Source: Nemertoderma westbladi (lineage: Eukaryota > Animalia > Xenacoelomorpha). Taken from it: 62,692 nt of DNA. Position numbers and translations under genes: made by a program. This document shows, piece by piece, positions 47,752 to 60,279 of this stretch; the first letter of the stretch is position 1, and every line of letters starts with the position of its first letter. Below the pieces are notes generated by a model. That model did not search any database. It was not told the origin of the DNA and was given only the letters and a program-made list of their open reading frames with translations. The stretch covers positions 1 to 62,692 of the forward strand of contig JAUCBJ010008127.1 in NCBI GenBank assembly GCA_032718475.1. The letters run 5' to 3'.

Positions 47752-48366
47752 ATGACTGAGTTGATAGAAGATGATCTTGGTGTCAGGGGAGATATACTCT
47801 ACCGTTGCAGGCGTTTGTTGATAGCTTAATACGCGGCGATGCTGGTCCAACTGCTGCGGAGGACGATGGTCGTTATATCGAACCGCCAATGTCCCAAGAG
47901 CAGCTCACGCGTGAGTTGGACTATAGAAAATTCACCGCTCGCTATACGCATCGTAATGGTACGTATATGGACTTCTTAACTACTGGTCATCCTATCGACC
48001 TACACGATACGGACGATATAGACACCGAAAGGGAAATGGTTTTATTTAAATATCATACCCAGCGGAAGCGGAACGATAAACTGAGACTCGAACACGAAAA
48101 TTCTATTCGAAACCGACTCGAAAGTGAAGATGTTGAAGAGCCGGATAAACGCAGCGACTTCAACAAATATCTGGAATTCTTGAGAGAAACATATCTCAAT
48201 ATTACCAGTCAACAGAATCTAGAAACTCGATATCCTCAAGGTATACATCATGACCGCATGGTGGAACTCAAGCGGCTCTGTTCCACTATGATGTATCTTA
48301 CCGCCGATCGACCGCTACCTGTTGTACCGGATGGCTTCGAGCAGATGGGGGAGTGTTGTGAACTGG
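47752..48366 (+). pseudogene. Accessory ORF-a copy (early frameshift, A-to-G hypermutated, truncated by a junction)
   Basis: Compared with 12450, 36643 and 50523-51155. Confidence 0.75.
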
Positions 48367-50521
48367 TTGTCCACCCCCCAGGATGAACTAGGAGAACACA
48401 GCATAAGGTCAGTAAAAATGGTGGCGATAAAGAACTTCGCTACCAGCCAAGTAGAACCTTATAACTGGGATGAGGACGATTCCACCCAGCAGCTTAATAT
48501 ACCTAGATTCAACACAGACTACCCTGGAGTGCAAATACTCATCGGCCAAAATGCGCATGAGGCGCTTGAGACATTGGAGAAACGGCCTGCTCAACCGCAA
48601 CCACTACAAGCCTATGCGGGAAGAACTAGAGTAGGTTGGTACTTTACTGGCCCTTCACGTAGAACTCTAATGGAAAGATTACCAAAAGAACAGGTATATC
48701 AATTAAGTGAATGGGAAGTGGAGAGCAGTGAAGTTGACGACCCAACTGAGGGAACACCATACTCCTCAGATAATGACGATATTAACTCCAATGTAGATCA
48801 ATGGTGACATTGCCCCGAGACGATTAATCTAGCCGACATCGCTTCCAGAGGAGCAACTCCTCAAGAACTGACAGATACTCCAGACCGGTTAGGTGGACCC
48901 GACTTCCTAAGTAAAGAAGATGAATGGCCTCCTCATCTTACCCCGGCGAAGATTAGACAGGCCAAGGGAGCGGAGAAAGTAACACAACCACTCAATCGCC
49001 CAGCTGGTCGTTTATGTTTACTGGAAAGAGACCGAGAACTGTCCGGAAACTATGGAAGGCAAGATACTCTTCCCACGACCACCTCTCTAATCCAACAAAT
49101 ATCTAGGGACTCCATAACGTAACAACATACGGAGTGGGTGTGTGACTATATTATTTTATATTTATTTTTATTATTTTATATTATGTATGTATTATTATGT
49201 AATTTTATTATAATCGTTTTCTTTAATTTTATTTAGTAGAATGTTATTTAGCGATTATTTAGTAGATTAGTGCAATATATATTAGAGTTTATTACTTAAT
49301 TACCTGTATATTATATTTAGTGCGACGGCGAGAAATAATTCTTTTTCTCTTTCCTTACTGTCCGTATTACATTATAAATATGTGACTACAGTAAGATGAA
49401 ATATCCGTACTTATTAAAGTACAATAAAGCTCCTACTATATTCAAGTATTATTGGTAAGCAGAGTATTAGGAATGCAAAGTTCAGATCCTCGTGTCTCGG
49501 CTAAACCAAGCTCTGGGTAGACCTTGGAAACGACTTGCCTCTTCTCACTGACATTGCTTCGTGCGATATTGCTCTCATACCGTATATTAAATAATACATA
49601 TAGTAGCGTGATGTCCCTTTAACAGTAGCGTATAACGCAAAATAAATCTGTTAAACCCTTTGACCATCTGCAATTCTAGTCGATTAAGATATCGCGGCAC
49701 CCACCGATATACTTGAAAGACAAAATTCTAGAACCAGTGGTTAACGTCCCCAGACAAGTTCTGGAATAAACTGGTGCCCATCCTAAATATTAATTATTAA
49801 TATTTTATAAAGTCTGTCAAATTCAGATCCTTTAAAATTCTAGTCAATTAAGATATCGTAGCACTTACCGATATTCTTAAAAGGACCAATTTCCTAGAAT
49901 CAAGGATCCTAGTCCCCAGACATGTTCTGGAATAAAATTGTGTCTATTTAATATTAAATAATAAAATTTACGGGAATAAATTTAAATTCATCTTTTAATG
50001 AATTTGATAAATTGTAATTTTTATACAATTTATAACATTCCCAAAATTCCATAAATTAATAGATCATGGGAGCGGAGATTCATCCTATTAAGTATATTAG
50101 TGTGCGAGAATCTCCAATATATAGTCAATAGCCGATAAAATTCATAAAATCATGTATAAAGATAAATATTGACAATTAAAGAATTACTATTAAATAGCAT
50201 CCCAGATCTGTATGCATGAAAATTACCCTAATTCTACCGCTAGCTTTCCATAATGTCACCATGGCAACAACCACGCTAGAATTAGAAGTGAGTTAAAAGA
50301 ACAATAAAGCTTGCCCATTGAATAGCATAAGGAATAAATAGCACACTGCTAGTATCCCAGGATACCCAATAATAACGTGGCATTCTGGAAGGCACTGACT
50401 AAAGGACAAATGGCCCGAATATGTGCGGTTTGTGACAGTTGTGTGGAATTTGTGCGTTTGTAGATGAATGTTACTACTAAGGTGTGTTTACAGTAGCGAG
50501 TCGCAATTGTGAAAGTAGCCC
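48367..50521 (+). repeat. Direct duplication of ~45361-47520 (protease tail + spacer)
   Basis: Starts TTGTCCACCCCCCAGGATG as at 45361; this copy has a premature TGA at 48805-48807. Confidence 0.92.
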
Positions 50522-50522
50522 T

Positions 50523-51634
50523 CGCTATATGCATCGTAATGGTACGTATATGGACTTCTTAACTACTGGTCATCCTATCGACCTACACGATACGAACGAT
50601 ATAGACACCGAAAGGGAAATGGTTTTATTTAAATATCATACCCAGCGGAAGCGGAACGATAAACTGAGATTCGAACACGAAAATTCTATTCGAAACCGAC
50701 TCGAAAGTGAAGATGTTGAAGAACCGGATAAACGCAGCGACTTCAAAGAATATCTGGAATTCTTGAGAGAAACATATCTCAATATTACCAGTCAACAGAA
50801 TCTAGAAACTCGATATCTTCAAGGTATACATCATGACCGCATGGTAGAACTCAAACGGCTCTATTCCACTATGATGTATCTTACCGCTGATCGACCGCTA
50901 CCTGTTGCACCGGATAGCTTCGAACAGATGGAGGAATATTATAAACTGGAGAAAGATCACTCGCGTTTCCCCTACAAGATGTGCGTCTTTGGTATTATTG
51001 CGATGAATGCCATAGACCCAACCAACAAACGGAAAGACCTAAACATCCAGGGAGACGTTGCATTAAACACGGTTTTACTCGCTATATTTACGGGAGTTTC
51101 GAGCGAAACTTGTTCGATTTATCACCTACGCTCGCTCGATTCAAACGATCCTTAAATAAACCTATGATCCGAGTTCCGGAATACTCGATCAGACCTCCTC
51201 ACACCCTAGTGAGAACCCAGACTCTTGATCCTAATAGTATCATGGATCCTCCCGAGCTGTACTCACTGTTCAAAGATCTAGTGCTACCCGAACAGTTAGT
51301 CGGTGGCACTCTGATTGTGGGCTCCCTAAATATTCGCCCATCTTACCTAGTCGGATTGGGACGCGGACATCTAATATCGTCATTCAACTGTATCATCGTC
51401 CCTGTTTAACCCGATACAACCTGTCACTGAGGTAGAGGAGAGAGTTGTACGAGACGCATTGGACACTATTCGTCAAAAGATCGGAAAATGGACCTACAAT
51501 TGTTTAGAGAAACGTAAATTGCGGCAGCAAGTCCAAGTGGTAAACGAATTAACTTTATCTCAGTTCGATCAAGAAATCCAGAATCTCTAAGAAGATATCG
51601 AACTTGGATGACCCTATTCTCTGCGAGAGTTTTT
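50523..51634 (+). pseudogene. Accessory ORF-a C-terminal part (to 51155), intact ORF-b (51164-51409, 81 aa) and coiled-coil ORF-c remnant
   Basis: Matches 12650-13590; ORF-b ATG lies 8 nt after the ORF-a stop. Confidence 0.7.
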
Positions 51635-52181
51635 GCAATTGCGACTTATATTATCGTGGTTTATAGTGAATTGAATGCTATTTTATAGGCCCTACAAATG
51701 TCGGTTGCTATTCTCTTTATATATGATTAAAATCAGTGACTATCGGCAATTCAGTGTGCAGCGGTGTGCAATAGTCTGTATGTGCTTGTCCGCGTAACAA
51801 AGCATCTCCTAAAGAATGCGCCTTATGTGTAACTTATAATCCATTCCGTTGTATTTAGTGTAAGCCATAGCTCTGTTTATATAGATAGAGCGCCACGTCC
51901 TAAAGGAACTGCTAATATTTCCCGAAAGTGAATGATATTTGTCAGGAATTATATTAACGATCAATCGAATAGTACGGTAGGCCTGCACCGCAATCAAATT
52001 AAAGCATCCGAATCCAGTCTCCCGGGTATATCCAGCGGGTGAATGGTCGCGCATAGACTGGCTTCGGCTAATGTTGGATTTATTTGTGTCAAATACTTGT
52101 CATAGGCTAAAGTCGATTTATAACCTAGAAGACATATAGATTTTGCGGGTTAAACTGCCAAAGGTCTTAAAAGCGCGAACA
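51635..52181 (+). repeat. 3' half of an A-type LTR
   Basis: Nearly identical to 39814-40360; followed by internal (5' UTR) sequence rather than a TSD. Confidence 0.9.
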
Positions 52182-53388
52182 GTAACAGTTATTAATTCTG
52201 ATTGCAGTGTAGGCAATAAATACAGTTTACTATTGTTCTGGTAAGAACAATAACGGTTATTGCTTCTTTATTGCCGTAAGCAATAAAGCTGAAGTACCGG
52301 TCGACCGGTAACCTGTAGGCCTAACTACCTAACCACCGGAACCGGTACTTACAGCAGTATACTGGTATAGGTACATCAGTATTATTTCGATTGTGATATA
52401 TTGTATATTGTAGGCTGTTAGAGGATTAGGGATTGATCACCCCTTATTCCTTTGCATGGTTTACTTATTTCTGTCAGTTTTATTTACTAGTAGGCTAATA
52501 TTGAGCAGAAGACGTGTAAGCCTGCTCAGATCGTACAGATAATTTGTAGGCTGGACTGTTTTCTGACTGTTGATAGGTCTGAACGGATTGCAGTGCATGT
52601 AGAGTGTATGTCCGATAAAGTGCCGGTTAGGAATGTATGGGCAGCTAGAGCTGTAAGGTAAACCCCCCCCCCCCCCCCCCCGAAAGAATAAGTCGTACTA
52701 CTAGGTTAGAATGCATAGTAACTAACCATTTCGGAGTCTGCATGTCCTGTAGTTTATTTAGGCTTGATAGTAGTCTGCCAGCGTTTGGTCTGTACTTTGT
52801 TTGTGTAGTCTGTACAGGTACCGTAATATTTCTTATTCAGATAATTTATAGGCTAGATTGTTGTCTGGCTGTTGTTAGGTCTGACGAGATTGTGGTGTGT
52901 GTAGAGTGTATGTCCGATAAAGTGCCGGTTAGGAAAGTAGGGGCATCTACAGCTGTAAGGTAAATCCCCCCCGAAAGAATAAGTCGTACTACTCGGTTAG
53001 AACGCATACTAACTAACCATTTCGGAGTCTGCACATACTGTAGTTTATTTAGGCTTGATAGTAGTCTGCCAGCGTTTGGTTTGTATTTTGTTTGAGTAGT
53101 TTGTACGGGTAGCGTAATATTTATACGTACTGGTTTCTGATGACCGATCCCTTCGGGGTTCTGGAGGGATTGTACGGACACGCGAACGGGTCGACCGACT
53201 AACAGAGGAAGAGTTCGATGAGGACTGCCTTCCTGGAGTGGGTTCCACGACCGGCATTAGTACGAGCCTGAATAAGGACTCATAAAACCACCAACCGTTG
53301 GGGCTCACAACGGGCTGACAGACCCCTTGCCAAGCCGTACTGGTTCCTGACTGATCCCTTCGGGGTGAGGAAAGGGTGGGACGGACAC

Positions 53389-55496
53389 TAGGGCGGTGCG
53401 TTTTTTACTTTTTTTCGATTTCATTGTTCTACCGGTGCACAAAAGTTGCCAAATGATAAAAAAATAAGGCAAAAAAAATTTCTTTAAATTTCGTCTATAT
53501 CTTCACGGATCCCAAGAGGGTTGAAATTTTGTGCCATCGCGATGCACCATAATGAAAATTATAACAATATAACACATTGATGAAAGATCAATGACTCAAA
53601 AAAGAACTTCCTGCATGCATCAAATGTCATCAAATGGGTCCAAACTTAGTTAGATACCAAAATTTTAATTTTTGGACCAAGGGAACTAGTGCCACAGGCA
53701 CGTGGCCAGAACCTACCATTTGGCGCAAGTGATGATTATTCTCAATTTTCGCGATGTCCAACTTTGAGTTCTCCTACTGCATTCATATTATGCTCATTAG
53801 AACCGCAATGGCCGATTTAGTGGGGGTAGACACCTTCAAAACAAACGTAGAGCGAATAGTTCTTGAGATATCGCAGAAAATGTGAAGTCTGGCACAAGTC
53901 TACATTACCGCCTTGATGTGATATGGACAAATACACTATTTTAAATTATCTCAAGGAATCACGAATAGACACATCACAGAAATGATCGATATAGTGGGTG
54001 AAGACACCTTCAAAATAAGAGTAGAGTCATTAGTTCTTGAGTTATTTTACAAAATGTCAAGACTATGTCCACCAATTAATACAGTACAGGCCACCAGAAA
54101 ACGCAGATTTGTACAATTGTGAACACATTTTATCAAATGTGTACCAGTGTAATGTAATGTTGTTGAACGGGACAATTGAGCATAATTGAACATAATTGAA
54201 ATGGCAACAACCAAATTTTGTTTGCCAAAGGATACAATTGAATACTTTTGAAACGCTTAGTAATCTGGAAACTCTCTGTAGTTTGCTGCGAACTGTCACT
54301 CACTGCAGCTGGAAATGCGATAAGGATTTTGTTTACCTTTATAGTGTGCGGTTAATAGTGTCTAGTAGGCAGGCCTATAGTTAGTGATGTTAAGGCATCT
54401 TCTGATGTTTCTCTGTGCCCTCTCGGTGTCAGACTAATGGTGCGACATCTCCCTGCACTAAATTAATTATTCAATGGTCTAGGCTCCTCCATCCACATAC
54501 CCATCCACTCCCATACACTCCATGAACCTCCATGTGGTCTTGTATGTAGTTCTCTCTCTACCAATACAGCCCATGTCCGCAATGTTACGCCCTGGGGGCT
54601 CTCTCATCTAAATGATATCAGACATACAGGCGCACCGCACACAAAGCCTTTGTCGGTCCCAGCAAGTTAGCCTCCTGCTGTGTGATCTAGAAGATAACTC
54701 GCCGTAACCTGCCAATCAGATGACTTGAACAAATGTGTTCACATGTGATCACATTGGATGAAATCTGCTTTTTCTGGTGGCCTGTACTGTACTTGATATT
54801 GAGTTGACCCATTCCACACATTTTGTACAAAAACTATAGTGAATTAATCACTACTCTTTAATTTTGAAGTTGTCTGTATACACTAAATCAATTTGTTGCA
54901 GTGATGTATATTTTTGATGCCTTAAGATAATTAGAAGTAACATTTTTGTGTATTTGTCTATAAATCATCAAGGCGGTAATGTTGACTTGTGCCGTACTTA
55001 ACATTTTCTGCAATATCTCAAGATCTATTCGCTCTATGCTTGTTTTGATGGTGTCTACCCCCACTAAATCGGTCATTGCGGTTCTAATGAGCATAATATT
55101 AATGCCGTAGGAGAACTAAAAGTTGTCCATCACCAAAATTGAGAATAATCATCCCTTGCGCCAAAGAGTAGGTTCTGGTCATTTGCCTGTGGCACTACTT
55201 CCCTTGATCCAAAAATTAAAATTTTGGTATCTAACTAAGTTTGGAACCCATTTGATGACATTTAGTGCATGCAGGAAGTTATTTCTTGAGTCATTGATCT
55301 TTCATCAATGTGTTATATTGTTATAAATTTCATTATGGTGCATCGCGATGGCACAAAATTTCAACCCTCTTGGGATCCGTGAAGATATGGACGAAATTTA
55401 AAGAAATTTTTTTTGCCTTATTTTTTTACCATTTGGCAACTTTTGTGCACCGGTAGAACAATGAAATAGAAAAAAAGTAAAAAACGCACCGCCCTA
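53389..55496. mobile_element. Non-autonomous foldback hAT-like element (TAGGG...CCCTA, 8-bp TSD ACGGACAC, ~700-bp imperfect TIRs)
   Basis: TSD at 53381-53388 and 55497-55504; inverted homology extends to 54083-54110 vs 54761-54787. Confidence 0.88.
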
Positions 55497-56449
55497 ACGG
55501 ACACACAACGGGGTCGAAAGACAAAGGACTGGACTCTACTGGCCTACCGACTATTCAGAGCAGTTTTCGGCTGCCGAAGCGCCTACGAGCCTGAATAATG
55601 ACTCGGAAAGCCTAGGTGGTTGGGTCTCTGCGATGAACCGACGGACCCCTAGCCAAGCCGTACTGGTTCCCGATGACCGATCCCTTCGGGGTTCTGGAGG
55701 GGTGGGACGGACACGCGAACGGGTCCACCGATATGACAGACCCCTAGCCAAGCCATACTGGTTCCTGATGACCGATCCCTTCGGGGTTCGGGAAGGGTGG
55801 TACGGACACGCGACAGGGTCTACCTTAGCCAACCCTTAGCCAAGCTGTACTGGTTCCTGATGACCAATCCCTTCGGGGTTCGGGAAGGGTACCGAGACTA
55901 GGACCGAGGGAAAATCGGGGAACATTAGTTAGGCTAAAATCTGAGCGAACAGTGGGTAATTAAATAATATACTGTAGGGATTTATATTTTCATGTTATAT
56001 TATTGTGAATATTTGGTGTATATTGGTTTGGGGAAGCCCAACTTATTCTCAATCAAGGTTCAACTGTAGGGAAGTTACATTAAAGAGTATATCCAACCAA
56101 TGAAACTTTTCCTCAACCGCAATCTTGCATTTAAGAACGTATTCCTTCTCCACAACCAATATCCGGTGACTGGCCGGGATTCCGTGGTCTGAAAAGTTCC
56201 GCCTCGGCGTTTTCCCCCATGGTGTCGGGAATAACGGCAACAAAATTGAAAATAAGACGCGGCCAACTTCAACTGGTGGAAGTTGGGAATCCTACAATAC
56301 TCTTCAAACTCTCTCCGTGCTTACCCAGCACCCACTACGAGGAAACTCTGGTGTTTGAATTAAGACAAAGCCGTGGTTTAATCAATCGACAAACTCGATC
56401 TAATAAACTCGTAGTCGGCAGATCACATATAGAGAGTCGTTAACAGGGA

Positions 56450-56620
56450 ATGGAAGTATCGATCACACCCATTGACATAATCCAAGTCGAGGTTGAAGTA
56501 CAAGGAACGAACGTCGGACGATTCAGGATTACCGTTCGGGTAGTCCTAGCCGAGTATGAGAGCTACAAAGAACTATTTTACGACATCGCATATCTAGCTA
56601 TCAACGAGGCGCTAGAATGA
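56450..56620 (+). CDS. 56-aa upstream ORF overlapping the gag start (ATGA)
   Basis: MEVSITPIDIIQVEVEVQGTNVGRFRITVRVVLAEYESYKELFYDIAYLAINEALE; TGA 56618-56620 overlaps ATG 56617. Confidence 0.45.
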   Translation: MEVSITPIDIIQVEVEVQGTNVGRFRITVRVVLAEYESYKELFYDIAYLAINEALE

Positions 56621-59600
56621 CGATGAACAACGTCTCCGACACCGATGAGATGGACACCCACACAGACTCGGAAGCCGACGAGGTACCGAATGTCAAGAAC
56701 ATGACCCGTCGACTAGGCGCTCTCAAAGGCGGAGTCACTCGAGCGTATCAGCGTATAGAGAAACAACTTAAGAGAGTCGAAACCCCCCTCAACGAGATAC
56801 AAACTCAGCTTCAGAATATCCGAAGTATCTTACAACATATGAGAGGATGATACAGGCGTATCAAGAACTCATCCCCGCCACCGATCAGGTAAACTACCCC
56901 AGACTAGAAGAACATGTCGTACATCTAGATGAGTTCCGCAAACAACACCGGAGGACCCTCAGCCTCGTGAGAGTCTACGAGGAACAGTACTATAAGAGAG
57001 CTGAAAGAACAGACGCAGAATCAGTGCGAACCTCCAGCACCAGGACAGCAATACATCGAAAGAGAACGGGGTCCTCTAGGAACCAGCACTCCAGCGCTAG
57101 GAGCAAGGTTTCCGGTTCAGCACGCAGTTCTCAAGGAGGTCAGCCACTCCGAGATCAGCTACGAGAACAGAAGGCATTGGCCCTCAAAGTCGGATGGAAG
57201 ATGAGTATGTTCAACTGCGAGTCGAGCAAGATGTATTAGCAGCCAAAATGCAAAAACAAGAGGCCGAACAGGAGGCCGAACAGAATAGACAAGAGGCCGA
57301 ACGGCAGGCCGAACAGCATAGACAAGAGGCCGAACAGCAGGCCGAACAACGCAAACAGGAGGCTGAACAACGTAGACGAGAGGCCAAACAAGAGGCCGAA
57401 CGGCAGGCTGAACGACGAGAACAGGAGGCTGAACAACGTGGACGAGAGGCCAAACAGGAGATTGAACAACGTAAACGGGAGGCAGAAATGCGTAAACAAC
57501 ATGCCGAGGCCCATGCGATTCTCATCCATAAAAAGAATGCGGATATTGCGAAACTCTCGGAATACGAAGCCGCACTCATAGAACGGGATATTCAAATATA
57601 CGAGGACTGGGAAAGGGGTATAGAACAGAACTATGAACCAATCCCGATACCGGAATTAGAGAAGTCATTAACGCCACCGGCGGCGAAACCTCCAAATCCC
57701 GAGTTCCCACCTACCATACAGTCTACGTTATCGGCACAAGCACCGGTATTCCATCCCCCACCGGTTATGCTTATGAATGAGGAACCTTATTTCCCAGCCA
57801 ACCCCACAGTCCCGAGCGTTCCCAAGTACGAGCCTGAAAAGGACTCAGAACGGGACGCCACCCCTCGATCCAACAACCCATTTACATCCACACCACAAAT
57901 CCGTAACTGCGTCATCATCAAAACTCCACCTCTCATCGATCCATCGTGCATGGGAGAGAGTGCCAATAACTATAACCGTCCGAGTCATCCCAGTTCAGAT
58001 GACGTCGGCATTTTCCGGGCATTGGAAAACCGCCTGGCCATGCCCAAGATGGAGATCCACACCTTCGAAGGAGACCCCGTCGATTACCTCAGATTCAAGA
58101 AACGGTTCTTCGCCCAGATTGGGTCAATGGATATAGCCGACGCACAAAAACTGGTATATTTATCCCAATACCTGGGCGACAAACCACGCCGAATCATTGC
58201 ATGTTTTGAGGGAGGATCTCATGAAGCATACTATGACGCATGGAAAACTCTAGATAAAAGGTACGGAAATATCGGGACTATAATTAATAAAACTCTCGAG
58301 AAACTGATACAGGACGCGGGATCCCTAGGGGACCCACAGAATATCCAGGAATTCTCAGATTCCATGAAAGATGCCTACTACACTCTAAAACCATTAAATA
58401 AGGAGGAACAAGTAAACAACATTCTAACCTCCGACAGATCGCCTGAAAGTTCTCCGGATGGCTGCAAAGTAAGTGGGCGTTTAAATGCGTAGATCTCCGG
58501 CGCAGACACCCAGATCGAGATCCCAGTTTCCTCGAAATGTCAGCATTCCTGGACGATATCTCCGAAGCCATGAATGACTCGATGTTTTCGAAACAAAGTC
58601 TCGCCAAGTTAGACGGAATAGAGAACAACTCCAGGAGTAGGACACCCACTCAGAAACCGAGATTCCTTCCCCCTCCGGTGAGTACGATGGCTATCACCAT
58701 GGCCGAGGATTCCGATGACGAAAACTACGAGGAACCGACATCAGCCGAGGAATGGGCGTGTTATCTTGCGAATTGGGCACCCGAAAGGGAAGGCATCACA
58801 AACTCCCTTCTCTGTCTCTTCTGCGGAGAGAAACATAAGGTGGAATTCTGCAGAAAGTTCCAGTTTGCCGAACTCGTCCCGCGCTTCGAGGCGATAATGA
58901 AACACCGAGGATGCTTCCGTTGTCTTGGAACAGGTCACTATGTTCGGGATTGCGACCAAAGATTGTGCTGTGTGGTCTGTAATGACCTACGTCATCACAC
59001 ACTCCTCCACATCCCCGCGAACTTTGACTTCACCACCCTCCCCTTTCGGATTGAAGCCAAACGAAGAGGAGAAACGAACAACATTTCTAAAGGAACCCGG
59101 ATGATTCAACGGAGGGAAACCAACCCGTTTAAGACCTCCACCAATGTATCACAAGTGACAAATATCTCGGCCACGATCAACCTTATAAATCGCCGCTACA
59201 TGGTCTTCGCCAAAGTAATCCCAGTAAGAATTCAAGGGGTCGGGAAAACCTTGACAACGCTCGCGTTCCTTGATAACGGGTCGGACGGAACCATCATCGA
59301 CCGGGATTTCCTCGAACAACTCGGCCTAGACTATGAACCTTGCAAACGGCCCATACAAACTATCACCGACCATTGAGAAGTAGAATCCGGGGAGGTGCAG
59401 CTCCAGATGGAAGGAGTCATGAAGGGGTACGAGACGGTTAAGCTGACAATCAAGAACGCCTTGGTACACACCGATCTCCGAGTGCGGTTCCGACAATCAG
59501 CCGAACACGCCCCTCTCATACAGTTAGACCGGGAAGATATAGACCTAAGGTGTCCACCATTGGACGTAAACCGCATCACCCTATTGATCGGACTCGACAC

Positions 59601-60279
59601 ACCAGAATTACACATACCCACCGGAGACGTCGCCCGATCTGTAAAGCAGGATGACGGCTTTTATGCTGAACGAACAATCATGGGATGGACACTCTGCGGC
59701 ATCAAGGAAGAGACTACAGACACCTATACATACCTTCCTAAATGTCAGATTAAAGAGAATGCAACCTCCGTGGGTTATTGTTCAGCTACAGACCTTGACG
59801 AGGATTTGTTCCTTGAGACCGAGAAAACCCAGCAGGAGATAACCAAATACTTTAATCTAGAGACCCAAGAGTTTGCTGAAAAGGACGAGAACCCATCTGA
59901 GGAGGATCAATATTGTATTGACGTCCTTGATCAGGCCACGTCCAAAGACGGACATTGGTGTTCACCCATGCTATGGAAAGACCCAAATAAACCAATGGCG
60001 AATAATGCCAACATGGCCCTTAGGTGACTTAAAGGAATCCTACGCCGGTTGAATGACCAACCCGAGATAAAGGAGAAATATAATAATGTAATCAAAGGAT
60101 ATCTAGAAGATGGATTAGCGGAAATGGTACCCCGGAATGAACTGCAACAGAACATATTATCTCCCAATCCATTATGTGGTAGAAGCCCGGAAGGGCGGTA
60201 AAATCCGAGTAGTCAATGATGCCGCTGCTATGTATCAAGGCGAATCCCTGAACAGCCAACTTTATACAGGGCCCAACAT
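56617..60279 (+). pseudogene. gag-pol of E, split into ORFs at 56617, 56847, 57194, 58537, 59395 and 60137
   Basis: Consecutive BEL domains in order with frameshifts and stops; 33-bp EAEQ-type repeat at ~57255-57490. Confidence 0.88.

Larger units (their letters stand above)
26713..53124 (+). mobile_element. Non-autonomous BEL/Pao element A: 5' LTR split by B (26713-26886 + 39380-40360), internally duplicated, followed by a partial tandem unit
   Basis: The LTR halves rejoin across the CAGAG TSD. Gag-PR at 42646-46116, duplication at 48367-50521, partial LTR at 51635-52181, then 5' UTR sequence to 53124. Confidence 0.85.
53125..60279 (+). mobile_element. BEL/Pao element E: repeat-rich LTR region (probable end 56242), frameshifted gag-PR, truncated early in RT
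   Basis: LAMPKMEIHTFEGDP capsid; CLFCGEKH/CFRCLGTGH/CVVCNDLRHHTLLH; AFLDNGS protease; YYLP.H.V...KIRVV.DAAA...SLNSQLYTGPN. Confidence 0.88.

Noticed and set aside
48346-48360. PPT plus TGT LTR start (GGGGGAGTGT)
   Set aside because: It aligns to GGAGGAATAT in the paralog and is better explained by A-to-G changes.
26713-52181. A as a complete element bounded by a TSD
   Set aside because: The left flank GAGGT is not repeated after 52181; internal UTR sequence follows instead.
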